Shown here piece after piece: positions 48,416-56,751 of a stretch of 64,000 bases of DNA (within the stretch, counting starts at the first letter, position 1; each line of letters opens with the position of its first letter). The translations under genes and the position numbers were made by a program. The notes under the pieces were generated by a model that saw only the letters and a list, made by a program, of their open reading frames with translations, did not search any database and had not been told where the DNA came from. Origin of the DNA: Deltaproteobacteria bacterium (lineage in GTDB: Bacteria > Myxococcota_A > UBA9160 > SMWR01); NCBI GenBank assembly GCA_032128115.1, contig JAQBHB010000093.1, positions 32,001 to 96,000 of the forward strand, given 5' to 3'.

Positions 48416-49151
48416 TTGCTGCGCCTGCAGAAGATCCTGGCAGCGGCCGGTCTGGCCTCGCGGCGAGGCTGTGAAGACCTGCTGCGCGAGGGTCGTGTCA
48501 CCGTGAACGGGGCTCCCGCCTCGCTGGGGGAGTCTGCCGATCCGGAACGCGATGTGGTGGCCGTGGACGGCGTCGCCATTCACCCCGAGGCCCTGGAGTA
48601 CTGGCTGCTGCACAAGCCGGCCGGTGTGCTGTCCACGGTGAGCGACCCCTTCGGGCGGGCACACGTGGTCGAGCTGGTTCCGCAGCGGAGTGGTCGCCTG
48701 TTTCCGGTGGGAAGACTCGATCTCGATACGGAGGGGTTGGTGCTGCTCACCAATGATGGCGCCCTGGCCCACCGGTTGCTGCACCCGTCCCACGAAGTGG
48801 AGCGGGAGTACCGGATCAGCCTGGCCGGGCGCGTGAACGGCCGCGATCTGCGGCCACTCGGTCACGGCCTGCTGCTCGACGACGGACCCATGGCGCCGGC
48901 GCGAGTGGGCCGAACACGGTACGACCCGGCCGCCGATCTCACGCACTTCCATCTGACGTTGATCGAGGGGCGAAAACGCGAGATCCGGCGTGCGCTCGAG
49001 CAGCTGGGCCATCCGGTCGTCCGGCTGGTGCGCGTGCGCATGGGACCCCCTGGAGCTGGGGCAACTGGCGTCCGGCTGCGCGCGGCGCCTGTCGGCGGAC
49101 GAACTCCGCGCCCTGGAATCCGCGGGCGCACGAGTGCACGCGGGTCTTTAG
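48416..49151 (+). CDS. rluB: rRNA pseudouridine synthase RluB/RsuA family (one-base frameshift at C5 run 49046-49050)
   Basis: RLQKILAAAGLASRR (S4), PVGRLDLDTEGL, EGRKREIRR. The family-like C-terminus GPLELGQLASGCARRLSADEL continues in another frame to TAG 49151. Start uncertain. Confidence 0.85.
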
Positions 49152-49259
49152 CCGCAACGTTTACCGGCGCATGCGCGCGCAGCTGCCCTCCCAAGTCCAC
49201 GGGCTGCGAACCGAACTCCATCGAGACCTCGAAACGATCTGGGAAATCTCTCTATCCCA

Positions 49260-49289
49260 TTGAATTCGCGTATGTTTTCCATCTATCAT
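49260..49289 (+). promoter_or_regulatory. Possible sigma70 promoter
   Basis: TTGAAT-N18-TATCAT in an AT-rich patch before 49321. Confidence 0.4.
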
Positions 49290-49320
49290 GCGAGTTGGAA
49301 GTTCACCCGGAATGGATCTC

Positions 49321-50196
49321 ATGCAGCGCTGTGCAGCCCCCGGTTCTCTCCTGCTGATCGCGGGGCTCGTGCTCGTGTGGAGCGCGCCGGCCGCCGCGTC
49401 GAAATCGATCATCGGCATCTGCCCCGACGGCAGCATGTTCATCGTGAAGCGCGCGGATCTGATTCCGTGTCGCGAGGCGAAACTGGTGGAGCCGGACGAG
49501 GTTCCGCCGATCAAGGGCGAGTACCTGCCGCGACCCTACGCGTGGGAGATCTTCAACCGCCGAAACGATCCCAACAATCCCTACAACCTGATCGATGCCG
49601 CCCGCCAGGCGCGCGCGGCGCGCGGTGAAGGCCCGCTCCCGGGAAGCCCCGTGGCGCCGGAGCCGATCGACGAGACGCCTCAGGTCTCGTCCGCACCGCC
49701 GTCGCGGTCGGGGCCGTCCGCCGCTGGGGTGCGGGAGACCGCCAATCTGGCGCTGAGCGAGGACGATCTGCACAACCTGACCTTGATCATCGACCTGGCT
49801 CAGCAACGGGCCCCGGCTTCCTTCGAGCGTCAGGGGAGCGACGGAGCGCCCGGTCTGGTGCTGCAGCTGGCGCGCTCCCAGGCGTTCGAAGCGGCCCTGG
49901 TGCAGGACTTCGCGGACCAGGGGAGTCGCGTGAGCGGTCCCGTCCTGCTGTTCGCCGCCACCGCCGCACAACCCCAGGCCTTCCACCCGAACCTCACGTT
50001 CGTCCAGGGACATAGGGCCTACCATCCGAACGCGGAGGATCCGAAGCAGCTGGGAATGCTGCGCGGAAGCCTTGCGCGGGTGACCCCCGAGCAGCCCGCA
50101 CTGGGCTACGCGGTGCTCCCCGAGCACCTGGACCTCACGAATCCCATCGACATCTACTGGGACGACCAGCGCGTCACCGCGACCCTGGTTCACTGA
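49321..50196 (+). CDS. Hypothetical secreted protein
   Basis: Signal peptide ending PAAA, small Cys-pair domain (CPDGS...IPC), Pro/Ser linker, C-terminal globular domain. Confidence 0.7.
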   Translation: MQRCAAPGSLLLIAGLVLVWSAPAAASKSIIGICPDGSMFIVKRADLIPCREAKLVEPDEVPPIKGEYLPRPYAWEIFNRRNDPNNPYNLIDAARQARAARGEGPLPGSPVAPEPIDETPQVSSAPPSRSGPSAAGVRETANLALSEDDLHNLTLIIDLAQQRAPASFERQGSDGAPGLVLQLARSQAFEAALVQDFADQGSRVSGPVLLFAATAAQPQAFHPNLTFVQGHRAYHPNAEDPKQLGMLRGSLARVTPEQPALGYAVLPEHLDLTNPIDIYWDDQRVTATLVH

Positions 50197-50253
50197 ACGG
50201 CACGCGCCCCCGGCGCTTGCTGGCACGCGCCTCTGGCGCCTGCGGTCGGCGAA

Positions 50254-50772
50254 CTAGCGCGGATAGGTGAGATAGACCTGCGTGTAGAGCAGGGAGCCGT
50301 CTGCCGCGCGCGAGATCCCGATGCCGGTCGCATTGAAGGAGGGAGCCAGCAGGTTGCGCCGATGGACGGGCGAGGCCAGCCAGCCCTGTAGGATCTCCCG
50401 GTTCGGTTCGGCCCGATCGGTGGATCCCAGGTTCTCCGCCGCCAGGCTGAACCCCGGAGCGGCTGCGGTGCGGATGCGGTCCACCGGGTCGAGCCCCTCG
50501 GGCGTGATGTGATCCAGGAACCCGCGACGGGCCATGTCGCGGCTGTGGGAGCGCGCCACGCCGTCGAGCTCGGGCCTGCGTTGCAGGGGAACCAGGTGAT
50601 GCCGCGCCCTCTCCGCGTTCACGGCGCGATACAGGAACTCCTCGAGCTCTGCCACCTCCGGAGACGGATCGCTGCTCTCCGCGCTCACGAAGCCGCCGCC
50701 GAAGGGGGAGAGCCACAGGGCGAACCAGAAGCCCAGCACGAATCCGATCGCCTGGCCAATCGTCCGAGGCAC
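50254..50772 (-). CDS. CAP/SCP domain secreted protein
   Basis: VNAERA, ARSHSRDMA...DH, AENLG, WLASPVHRRNLL, TGIG. Confidence 0.9.
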   Translation of the reverse strand: MPRTIGQAIGFVLGFWFALWLSPFGGGFVSAESSDPSPEVAELEEFLYRAVNAERARHHLVPLQRRPELDGVARSHSRDMARRGFLDHITPEGLDPVDRIRTAAAPGFSLAAENLGSTDRAEPNREILQGWLASPVHRRNLLAPSFNATGIGISRAADGSLLYTQVYLTYPR

Positions 50773-50775
50773 GAT

Positions 50776-52194
50776 CTAGCGCTCCGAGGATCCGGAGCGG
50801 CTCCCGCCCAGGGCGGACGGATCCAGCAGCTCGCGCCGGGCGAGCTTGCCCGACTCGTAGTGGGAGATCAGGTCGATCGCGCCGTCGCCGTTGCGATCTT
50901 CTTCCTTGCGCGTGACGCGTCCCCGGTCGTCGTAATAGAGGATCGCGTCGGTGCTCCCGTCGGCATCCTCGTCGAGTTCTTCGCGCTCGAGGAGGCCACC
51001 GCGATAGAAGCCGACACGGTTCCGGAAACCATCAGCGGTGGTGTCGCGCTCGTGGCGTGTGATCTCGCCGTTCGAGTAGAAGCTCCAGGTGTCCACCTGT
51101 CCGTCGCCATCGGCGTCCGCGCGCCGCCGGATGACCGAGCCGTCGCGATAGTCGGTCCACGAATCCGGCGAGCCGTCATGATTCGCGTCCTCTTCGATGC
51201 TGCTCACCCGGTGGCTCTGCGGGTCGTAGACGATGCCGCGGTCCGGGCGGCCGTCGGCGTTCTCGTCGAAGGTCTCGCGCACGATTTCGCCCTGCTCGCG
51301 ATAGATCCAGTGATCGATGTGTCCGTCCCCGTCGCGGTCGATGATGCCATGGGCCGGCGCGGGCGACGTCGCGTTCCCAGGGGTCCGCGGTACGGATGCG
51401 TTCAGGGTCGACGGGGTGGCAGGGGCGGTCGTCCGCGGCGCGGGCGTCGACACGGGCGTGCGCTGCATGGCGTCCAGTTCTTCGGCGATCGAGAAGCGGG
51501 GCCGCGATCCCGCGCCGGGGGTCACCGCCGCAGTACGCGTCGCCGGCGCCCCGGTGGCGCCCGCCTGTTGCGTCTCCCGATCTTCCAGCTCGCGCGCAAG
51601 GTCCTGGAGTTGGGACGATTCGTAGTCGGGCAGGGCCTGCGCGCGCACCGGCCGGGCGGGAGCCGTGGTGGCGCGGGGCACCTCGGGGCCCGGCTCGCGG
51701 TCGTCGCGCATGGCTTCCGCGGCGGCCTTGAACGGCGCTGCGGCCAGCGCGAAGGGCAGGGCCACGTATTTGTACCAGATGGGTTCCTCGCGGTATTCCA
51801 CGTGGCGCTGTTCGTCCTGTTGGGCGCCGCCGATCATGGTGATGTTCCCGGTGCCCGCAGGCACATGGGACGACTGGCCGGTCCAGCGGCCGGGCTCGCC
51901 GGACGAGGACGTGGTGCTCCCGCTGCCCGATTGCGTGGACGCTCCGGAGCCCCGTTCGGGGGGGGCCTGACCGGGCGCCCCCTGACCGGGCGGCCCCTGA
52001 CCGGGCGCCCCCGGACGCCTCGGCTCGCCAGGCATGGGCGGCGACTCGCCCGGCATGAGGATGGTGGCCCCGGCGCCCGTGTTGACGATCGGGGTCCGGT
52101 CGATGTCGCCGACACCGCGGCCGAACGAGAAGCAGCCCACGAGTGTCGCGGCGGACACGATCAGGAATACCTGGGATCTTCCAGTTGTGGTCAT
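50776..52194 (-). CDS. Lipoprotein with low-complexity linker and about 7 Dx[DN]xDG-type repeats
   Basis: Lipobox-like LVGC; GQGAP repeats; DRDGDG, DENADG, DANHDG, DADGDG, DTTADG, DEDADG, DRNGDG spaced about 24 aa apart. Confidence 0.8.
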   Translation of the reverse strand: MTTTGRSQVFLIVSAATLVGCFSFGRGVGDIDRTPIVNTGAGATILMPGESPPMPGEPRRPGAPGQGPPGQGAPGQAPPERGSGASTQSGSGSTTSSSGEPGRWTGQSSHVPAGTGNITMIGGAQQDEQRHVEYREEPIWYKYVALPFALAAAPFKAAAEAMRDDREPGPEVPRATTAPARPVRAQALPDYESSQLQDLARELEDRETQQAGATGAPATRTAAVTPGAGSRPRFSIAEELDAMQRTPVSTPAPRTTAPATPSTLNASVPRTPGNATSPAPAHGIIDRDGDGHIDHWIYREQGEIVRETFDENADGRPDRGIVYDPQSHRVSSIEEDANHDGSPDSWTDYRDGSVIRRRADADGDGQVDTWSFYSNGEITRHERDTTADGFRNRVGFYRGGLLEREELDEDADGSTDAILYYDDRGRVTRKEEDRNGDGAIDLISHYESGKLARRELLDPSALGGSRSGSSER

Positions 52195-52356
52195 TGCAAA
52201 CCCCCGGGCCGTGGGGCTGCAAGAAACGTGCGATCGGGCGCGCATGCCCGGATTCCCGACTCCCCGCCGGGAGATGGAGCGAACGCCTGCCGCCGGCTTG
52301 CGTGCGGACGAGAGCGGCCCGAAGGGAAGCCAGTTGCCCAGATCGGGTAGCTGGCT

Positions 52357-53412
52357 TCAGCCGCCGCCGTCGTCGCTGGCGGCCTCCGGGGTGCTCTCGT
52401 GACCCAGGCGACCGATCACCAGGGTGGCCCCGAAGCCCGCCAGCACCAGGGCCAACGAGGACCCCACCTGGCCCGCGCTCGGTCTGAAGGGCTCGACGGG
52501 CCAGTACTTGGGGGCGATGTCGGGGGCGTTTGCGGCCGTGACGATGCGACCGCGCACGCTTTCCCCCACCGCTGGCGGGCGGCCCTCCTGGAAGGGCCAC
52601 AGACCCACCACAGCGCCGAACAGCAGACCCAGCAGGGCACCCAGCGTGGCCTTGGCGTACCGGTCCAGGAGCCAGCGAACCAGGTTGCTGACGCCCACGA
52701 CGCCGACCACGACGCCCACGCCCACGGGAAACAGCTGCACGGACGCAGTGAGAATTGCCGGAATCTCCGGTGCAAAGCCTGCGCCCGAGGCTCCCACGAG
52801 TCCGAGTCGCAGGTTCTCGATCGTGCCCAGGATCGGCTCGTACTGTCCGAGCAACAGCAGCAGGTAACCGCCGCTCACCCCAGGCAGGATCATGGCCGCG
52901 GATCCCAGGAGTCCGGCCGCGAAGAAGAGCAGGGCGTCGGGCTCTCCATCGACCGTTCCGCTCTCCCCCAGGAGTGCCATCGCGGCGAGCGGCACGAAGG
53001 CCAACACGGCGCCCACGACGATCGCCGGTGAAAGGGGCCGCGCCATGCGCCACACCAGGGGAACCCCGCCCAGGGTGAGCCCGATGAACAGGCTGTACAT
53101 GACCCAGCGCTGGGTCTCCACCAGGCCCTTGACGGTGCCCGCGAGCGTCACGATGCCGAGCCCAGCGGCGGCGGCGATCGTCGCCAGTAGCACCAGGGAT
53201 GCGGTTCGGAAGCGCAGGTTGGTGATCTCGGCGATGGCGCCGATGAATCGCGGGTAGACGCCCATGGCGAGCAGCATGGTGCCGCCGCTGATTCCGGGCA
53301 CCAGGTTCGCAAGCCCCATGAGGGTGCCTCCCGCCACCGCTCGCAACGAGAGTGCAGCGAGGATCCTCGCGGCCAGGGAGCCCTCATCGCCTGCGGGTTC
53401 CGCTTCGAACAT
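52357..53412 (-). CDS. DUF368 family membrane protein
   Basis: MGLANLVPGISGGT and AMILPGVSGG..LLLLGQY. Start inferred at ATG 53412 (GGAG RBS). Confidence 0.88.
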   Translation of the reverse strand: MFEAEPAGDEGSLAARILAALSLRAVAGGTLMGLANLVPGISGGTMLLAMGVYPRFIGAIAEITNLRFRTASLVLLATIAAAAGLGIVTLAGTVKGLVETQRWVMYSLFIGLTLGGVPLVWRMARPLSPAIVVGAVLAFVPLAAMALLGESGTVDGEPDALLFFAAGLLGSAAMILPGVSGGYLLLLLGQYEPILGTIENLRLGLVGASGAGFAPEIPAILTASVQLFPVGVGVVVGVVGVSNLVRWLLDRYAKATLGALLGLLFGAVVGLWPFQEGRPPAVGESVRGRIVTAANAPDIAPKYWPVEPFRPSAGQVGSSLALVLAGFGATLVIGRLGHESTPEAASDDGGG

Positions 53413-53464
53413 GTTCTGCTCCCGGACGAAGACGCGGTACTGTAGCAGCAGGAACTCGACTGCC

Positions 53465-54142
53465 GTGTGTGGACGCTTCACGCTCACCTCGACGCCTGAG
53501 CTGTTGGCGCGCCGCTTCGGTCTCGGAGAGGCGCCCGCCGGACTGGTCCCGCGATTCAACATCGCTCCCAGCCAGGACGTGGCGACGATCCGCGCCCGGG
53601 AGAACGGGACGCGGGTTCTCGAGATGCGCCGTTGGGGTCTGGTGCCCTCGTGGGCTCGGGATCCGAAGATCGGAAATCGCATGATCAACGCCCGCTCGGA
53701 GACGGTGTCCGAGAAGCCGGCCTTCCGCGAGGCCTATCGGAGCCAGCGTTGCCTGGTGCCGGCCGACGGTTTCTACGAGTGGGCGGCGGGCAAGAGTCCG
53801 CGCCAGCCGTACCACATCGGGCTGGCGGACGGCGGCCCGTTCGCCATCGCCGCTCTGTGGGAACGCTGGTCTCACGGCGACACCGACCCGATCGATTCGT
53901 GCACCCTGCTCACCACCCGTGCCAACGCGCGCCTGACGGCGGTGCACGACCGCATGCCCGTGATTCTCGACCCTGCAGACCATGCGCTGTGGCTCGATCC
54001 CAGTGTGCGAGGAGGGGAGCCGCTGCACGCGCTGCTGCGGCCGCTGGCCGACGATCGCATTGCGATCCAGCCGGTGAGCCGGCACGTGAACGACCCCCGT
54101 CACGACGATCCGGAATGCGTGGCCCCCGCGGCCACACCCTGA
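53465..54142 (+). CDS. SOS response-associated peptidase (SRAP/YedK, abasic-site protector)
   Basis: GTG start giving (M)CGRF with Cys2, RFNIAPSQ, INARSET, ADGFYEW, HDRMPVIL. Confidence 0.95.
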   Translation: MCGRFTLTSTPELLARRFGLGEAPAGLVPRFNIAPSQDVATIRARENGTRVLEMRRWGLVPSWARDPKIGNRMINARSETVSEKPAFREAYRSQRCLVPADGFYEWAAGKSPRQPYHIGLADGGPFAIAALWERWSHGDTDPIDSCTLLTTRANARLTAVHDRMPVILDPADHALWLDPSVRGGEPLHALLRPLADDRIAIQPVSRHVNDPRHDDPECVAPAATP

Positions 54143-54147
54143 ACCCT

Positions 54148-54375
54148 GTGCGCCGCTGTGTGCGACGCGTGCTGCTCGGCCTGGTCGCCGGGCTCTATCT
54201 GCTGTCGATTCCCTGGTATCGGGAGTCCGGGGCCTCTGCTCCCCTGGTGTTCGGCCTGCCCGACTGGGTGGCCGTGGCCCTTGGCTGCTACGTGGCGGTC
54301 GCCATCCTCAACTCCATCGCCTGGCTTCTCACCGACGTGCAGGACCCGGAAGATCCCGGGGGTGACGCCGCGTGA
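54148..54375 (+). CDS. Small two-TM protein preceding an SSS transporter (DUF3311-like)
   Basis: LYLLSIPWY...VFGLPDW; stop overlaps the symporter start. Confidence 0.65.
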   Translation: MRRCVRRVLLGLVAGLYLLSIPWYRESGASAPLVFGLPDWVAVALGCYVAVAILNSIAWLLTDVQDPEDPGGDAA

Positions 54376-55889
54376 GCTTTGACGAGCTCGGGGTGGTGGG
54401 CCTGGGCATCTACCTGCTGGCCCTTCTGGCGGTGGCCGAGGTGGCGAGGCGGGCGCGCCGGGATGCATCGCCCGCCGATCACTTCCTGGCGGGCCGCGAC
54501 CTGGGCGTGTTCGTGCTGTTCCTCACGCTCTACGCCACGGCCTACAGCGGGAATTCGCTGCTCGGGTATCCGGGCGAGGCGTATCGCCGGGGCTTCTCGT
54601 GGATCATGGCCACCGGGTTCATGATGTCCATCATCGTGGTGTTCCACCTGCTGGTGCCGCGCCTGCGTCCGCTGGCGGTGGCCTTCGAGTTCGTGAGTCC
54701 GGGCGACTGGGTGCGCCACCGTTTCGGCGCCGATCGTGGCGGGCGGGCGCTGCTGCTGGGTGTAGGCCTGTTGATGACCGTGGCGCTGGCAAACTTCCTG
54801 TTCGCCCAGCTCAAGGCCATGGGCGTGATGGCGGCGCAGGTCACCGGGGGCATCGTCAGCTACGAGGTGGGCGTTGCGCTGCTGGCCGGGACGGTCCTCT
54901 TCTACGAGACGCTCGGCGGCATGCGAGCCGTGGCCTGGACCGACGCCGCCCAGGCCCTGCTCATGATGGTGGGTCTCTCCATCCTGCTGGTCTGGCTGTT
55001 GGGAGTCTCCGGTGGGCTGGGGGAGATGACCCTGGCGATCCTCGAATCGCGGCCGGACGCGGCGGCGGTTCCGGACGCGGTCGAGTGCGCCAACTGGGCC
55101 AGCACGATCCTGCTGATGGGATTGGCCAGTGTGGTGTACCCCCAGGCCATCCAGCGCATCTACGCGGCGCGCAGTGGCCGCAGCCTGCGGCAATCGTTCG
55201 CGCTGATGACGTTCATGCCGCTGGGCACCACGCTGGTGGTGACACTGATCGGCCTCGCGGCCATTCCCCGCTTTCACGACCTGGGCGGCGTGGAAGCGGA
55301 TCGCGTCATGCCGCTGCTGCTCGGAGAGTGGGCTGCCTCGGGCCCACTCGCATCGGTTGCGGCGTTGCTGGTGCTGTTGGGCGCGGTTGCCGCCATCATG
55401 TCGACCGCTGACTCGGTGCTGCTGTCCCTGGGCTCCCAGGTGGTTCGGGACGTGATGGGCCGTTCCCACCGTGCGGACTCGACGACGCGCCTGGGCAAGC
55501 GCATCGCGGTGGGAGTGATGATTGCCATGGCGGCCCTGGCCATGGCCGCCCGCAACATCTCCCTGTGGGGACTCATCGAACTCAAGATGGAGCTGTTGGT
55601 CCAGTGCGTTCCGGCATTTCTGATCGCCGCTCACTGGTCCCGCTTGCGCGCTCGCCCCACCCTGCTGGGCCTCGTCGTGGGAAGCCTGATTGCCATCGCG
55701 GGGGTATTCCTGGACGTGAAGCGGATCGGCGGCGTTCACACGGGCGTGATCGGTCTTGCCGTCAACACCGCCATCGCCACGCTGGGCTCCCTGCTCTCGT
55801 CCGCCCCGCACTCGTCCGCCCCGCAGACTTCGGCTGCCCCGCCTACAAGGTGGCGAGCGGCTCAGTCGGGCCAGCCGTCCACGAGCTGA
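54372..55889 (+). CDS. Sodium:solute symporter family transporter
   Basis: HFLAGRDLG, ATAYSGNSLLG, GGMRAVAWTD, AAIMSTADS. Confidence 0.93.
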   Translation: MSFDELGVVGLGIYLLALLAVAEVARRARRDASPADHFLAGRDLGVFVLFLTLYATAYSGNSLLGYPGEAYRRGFSWIMATGFMMSIIVVFHLLVPRLRPLAVAFEFVSPGDWVRHRFGADRGGRALLLGVGLLMTVALANFLFAQLKAMGVMAAQVTGGIVSYEVGVALLAGTVLFYETLGGMRAVAWTDAAQALLMMVGLSILLVWLLGVSGGLGEMTLAILESRPDAAAVPDAVECANWASTILLMGLASVVYPQAIQRIYAARSGRSLRQSFALMTFMPLGTTLVVTLIGLAAIPRFHDLGGVEADRVMPLLLGEWAASGPLASVAALLVLLGAVAAIMSTADSVLLSLGSQVVRDVMGRSHRADSTTRLGKRIAVGVMIAMAALAMAARNISLWGLIELKMELLVQCVPAFLIAAHWSRLRARPTLLGLVVGSLIAIAGVFLDVKRIGGVHTGVIGLAVNTAIATLGSLLSSAPHSSAPQTSAAPPTRWRAAQSGQPSTS

Positions 55890-56701
55890 AGCTCTGCGCA
55901 CAGCTTCTGGGCGTGCACGGTCGACCCGTTCAGGGCGGCGGCCTCCGGAGACGCCGCCAGCCACGCCACGACCGAGCCCGGAACTCGCGGCGGCGCGCCG
56001 CGCAGCTTCTCGAATCCCTGTTCCTCCAGCGTCAGCTCCATCATCTCGGTGATCACGAATCCCGGGTCCAGATTGAAGAAGGTCACGCCCGAATCCGCGT
56101 GCTCCACCGCCAGCACACCCACCATGCGGTGGAAGGCGCCCTTGGACGCGGCGTAACCCAGGCCCCAGCCTCCCTCACCGGCGGGGGCCGGCGGGTCGGC
56201 GCAGGCGACATGGGAGGTCAGGTTGATGATGGCGCCTCGACCCCTTTCCAACATGCCGGGAAGCACGAGTTGCGTGAGCTGAAGCTGCGACAGCACGTTC
56301 GCCCGCAGGATGCGTTCGGCCACCGGGAGAGGCAGGTCCAGTGTGCGGTCCATGCTTCCCGGGCCGGTGTAGACCGCGTTGTTGACCAACACGTCCACAT
56401 GCCCCCAGGTGTCCAGGGCCCGACTCACGGCCGCCACCAAGGAGTCGGGCTCCAGCAGATCGAGGGTCAACACCAGGGCTTCGCGACCGCACTCGCGCAC
56501 GTCGCGCGCCGTGGTTTCCAGGCTGCCCGGAACCGGACGGGTGTCGCTGCGCTTGACCGTTGCGGAGTGTTCGCGTTGCTCGCCCTCGCGCAGGGTCCGC
56601 GCCGTCACCACCACATCGAAGCCCGCGCGGGCAAGGGCCACGGCGCTCGCCTTGCCAATCCCGCGACTGGCGCCGGTGACGAACGCGATCCGGCGATCCA
56701 T
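55862..56701 (-). CDS. Short-chain dehydrogenase/reductase
   Basis: TGASRGIG, LVNNA, YAASK, PGFVITE. Confidence 0.92.
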   Translation of the reverse strand: MDRRIAFVTGASRGIGKASAVALARAGFDVVVTARTLREGEQREHSATVKRSDTRPVPGSLETTARDVRECGREALVLTLDLLEPDSLVAAVSRALDTWGHVDVLVNNAVYTGPGSMDRTLDLPLPVAERILRANVLSQLQLTQLVLPGMLERGRGAIINLTSHVACADPPAPAGEGGWGLGYAASKGAFHRMVGVLAVEHADSGVTFFNLDPGFVITEMMELTLEEQGFEKLRGAPPRVPGSVVAWLAASPEAAALNGSTVHAQKLCAELQLVDGWPD

Positions 56702-56751
56702 GGCTCCCCTCCCCGCGACTGGCGACGGATCAGGGTACACGGATCGCGACG

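Noticed and set aside
53413..53464. LexA box upstream of SRAP
   Set aside because: CTGT is present but there is no matching ACAG half-site, and no other recognisable SOS box.
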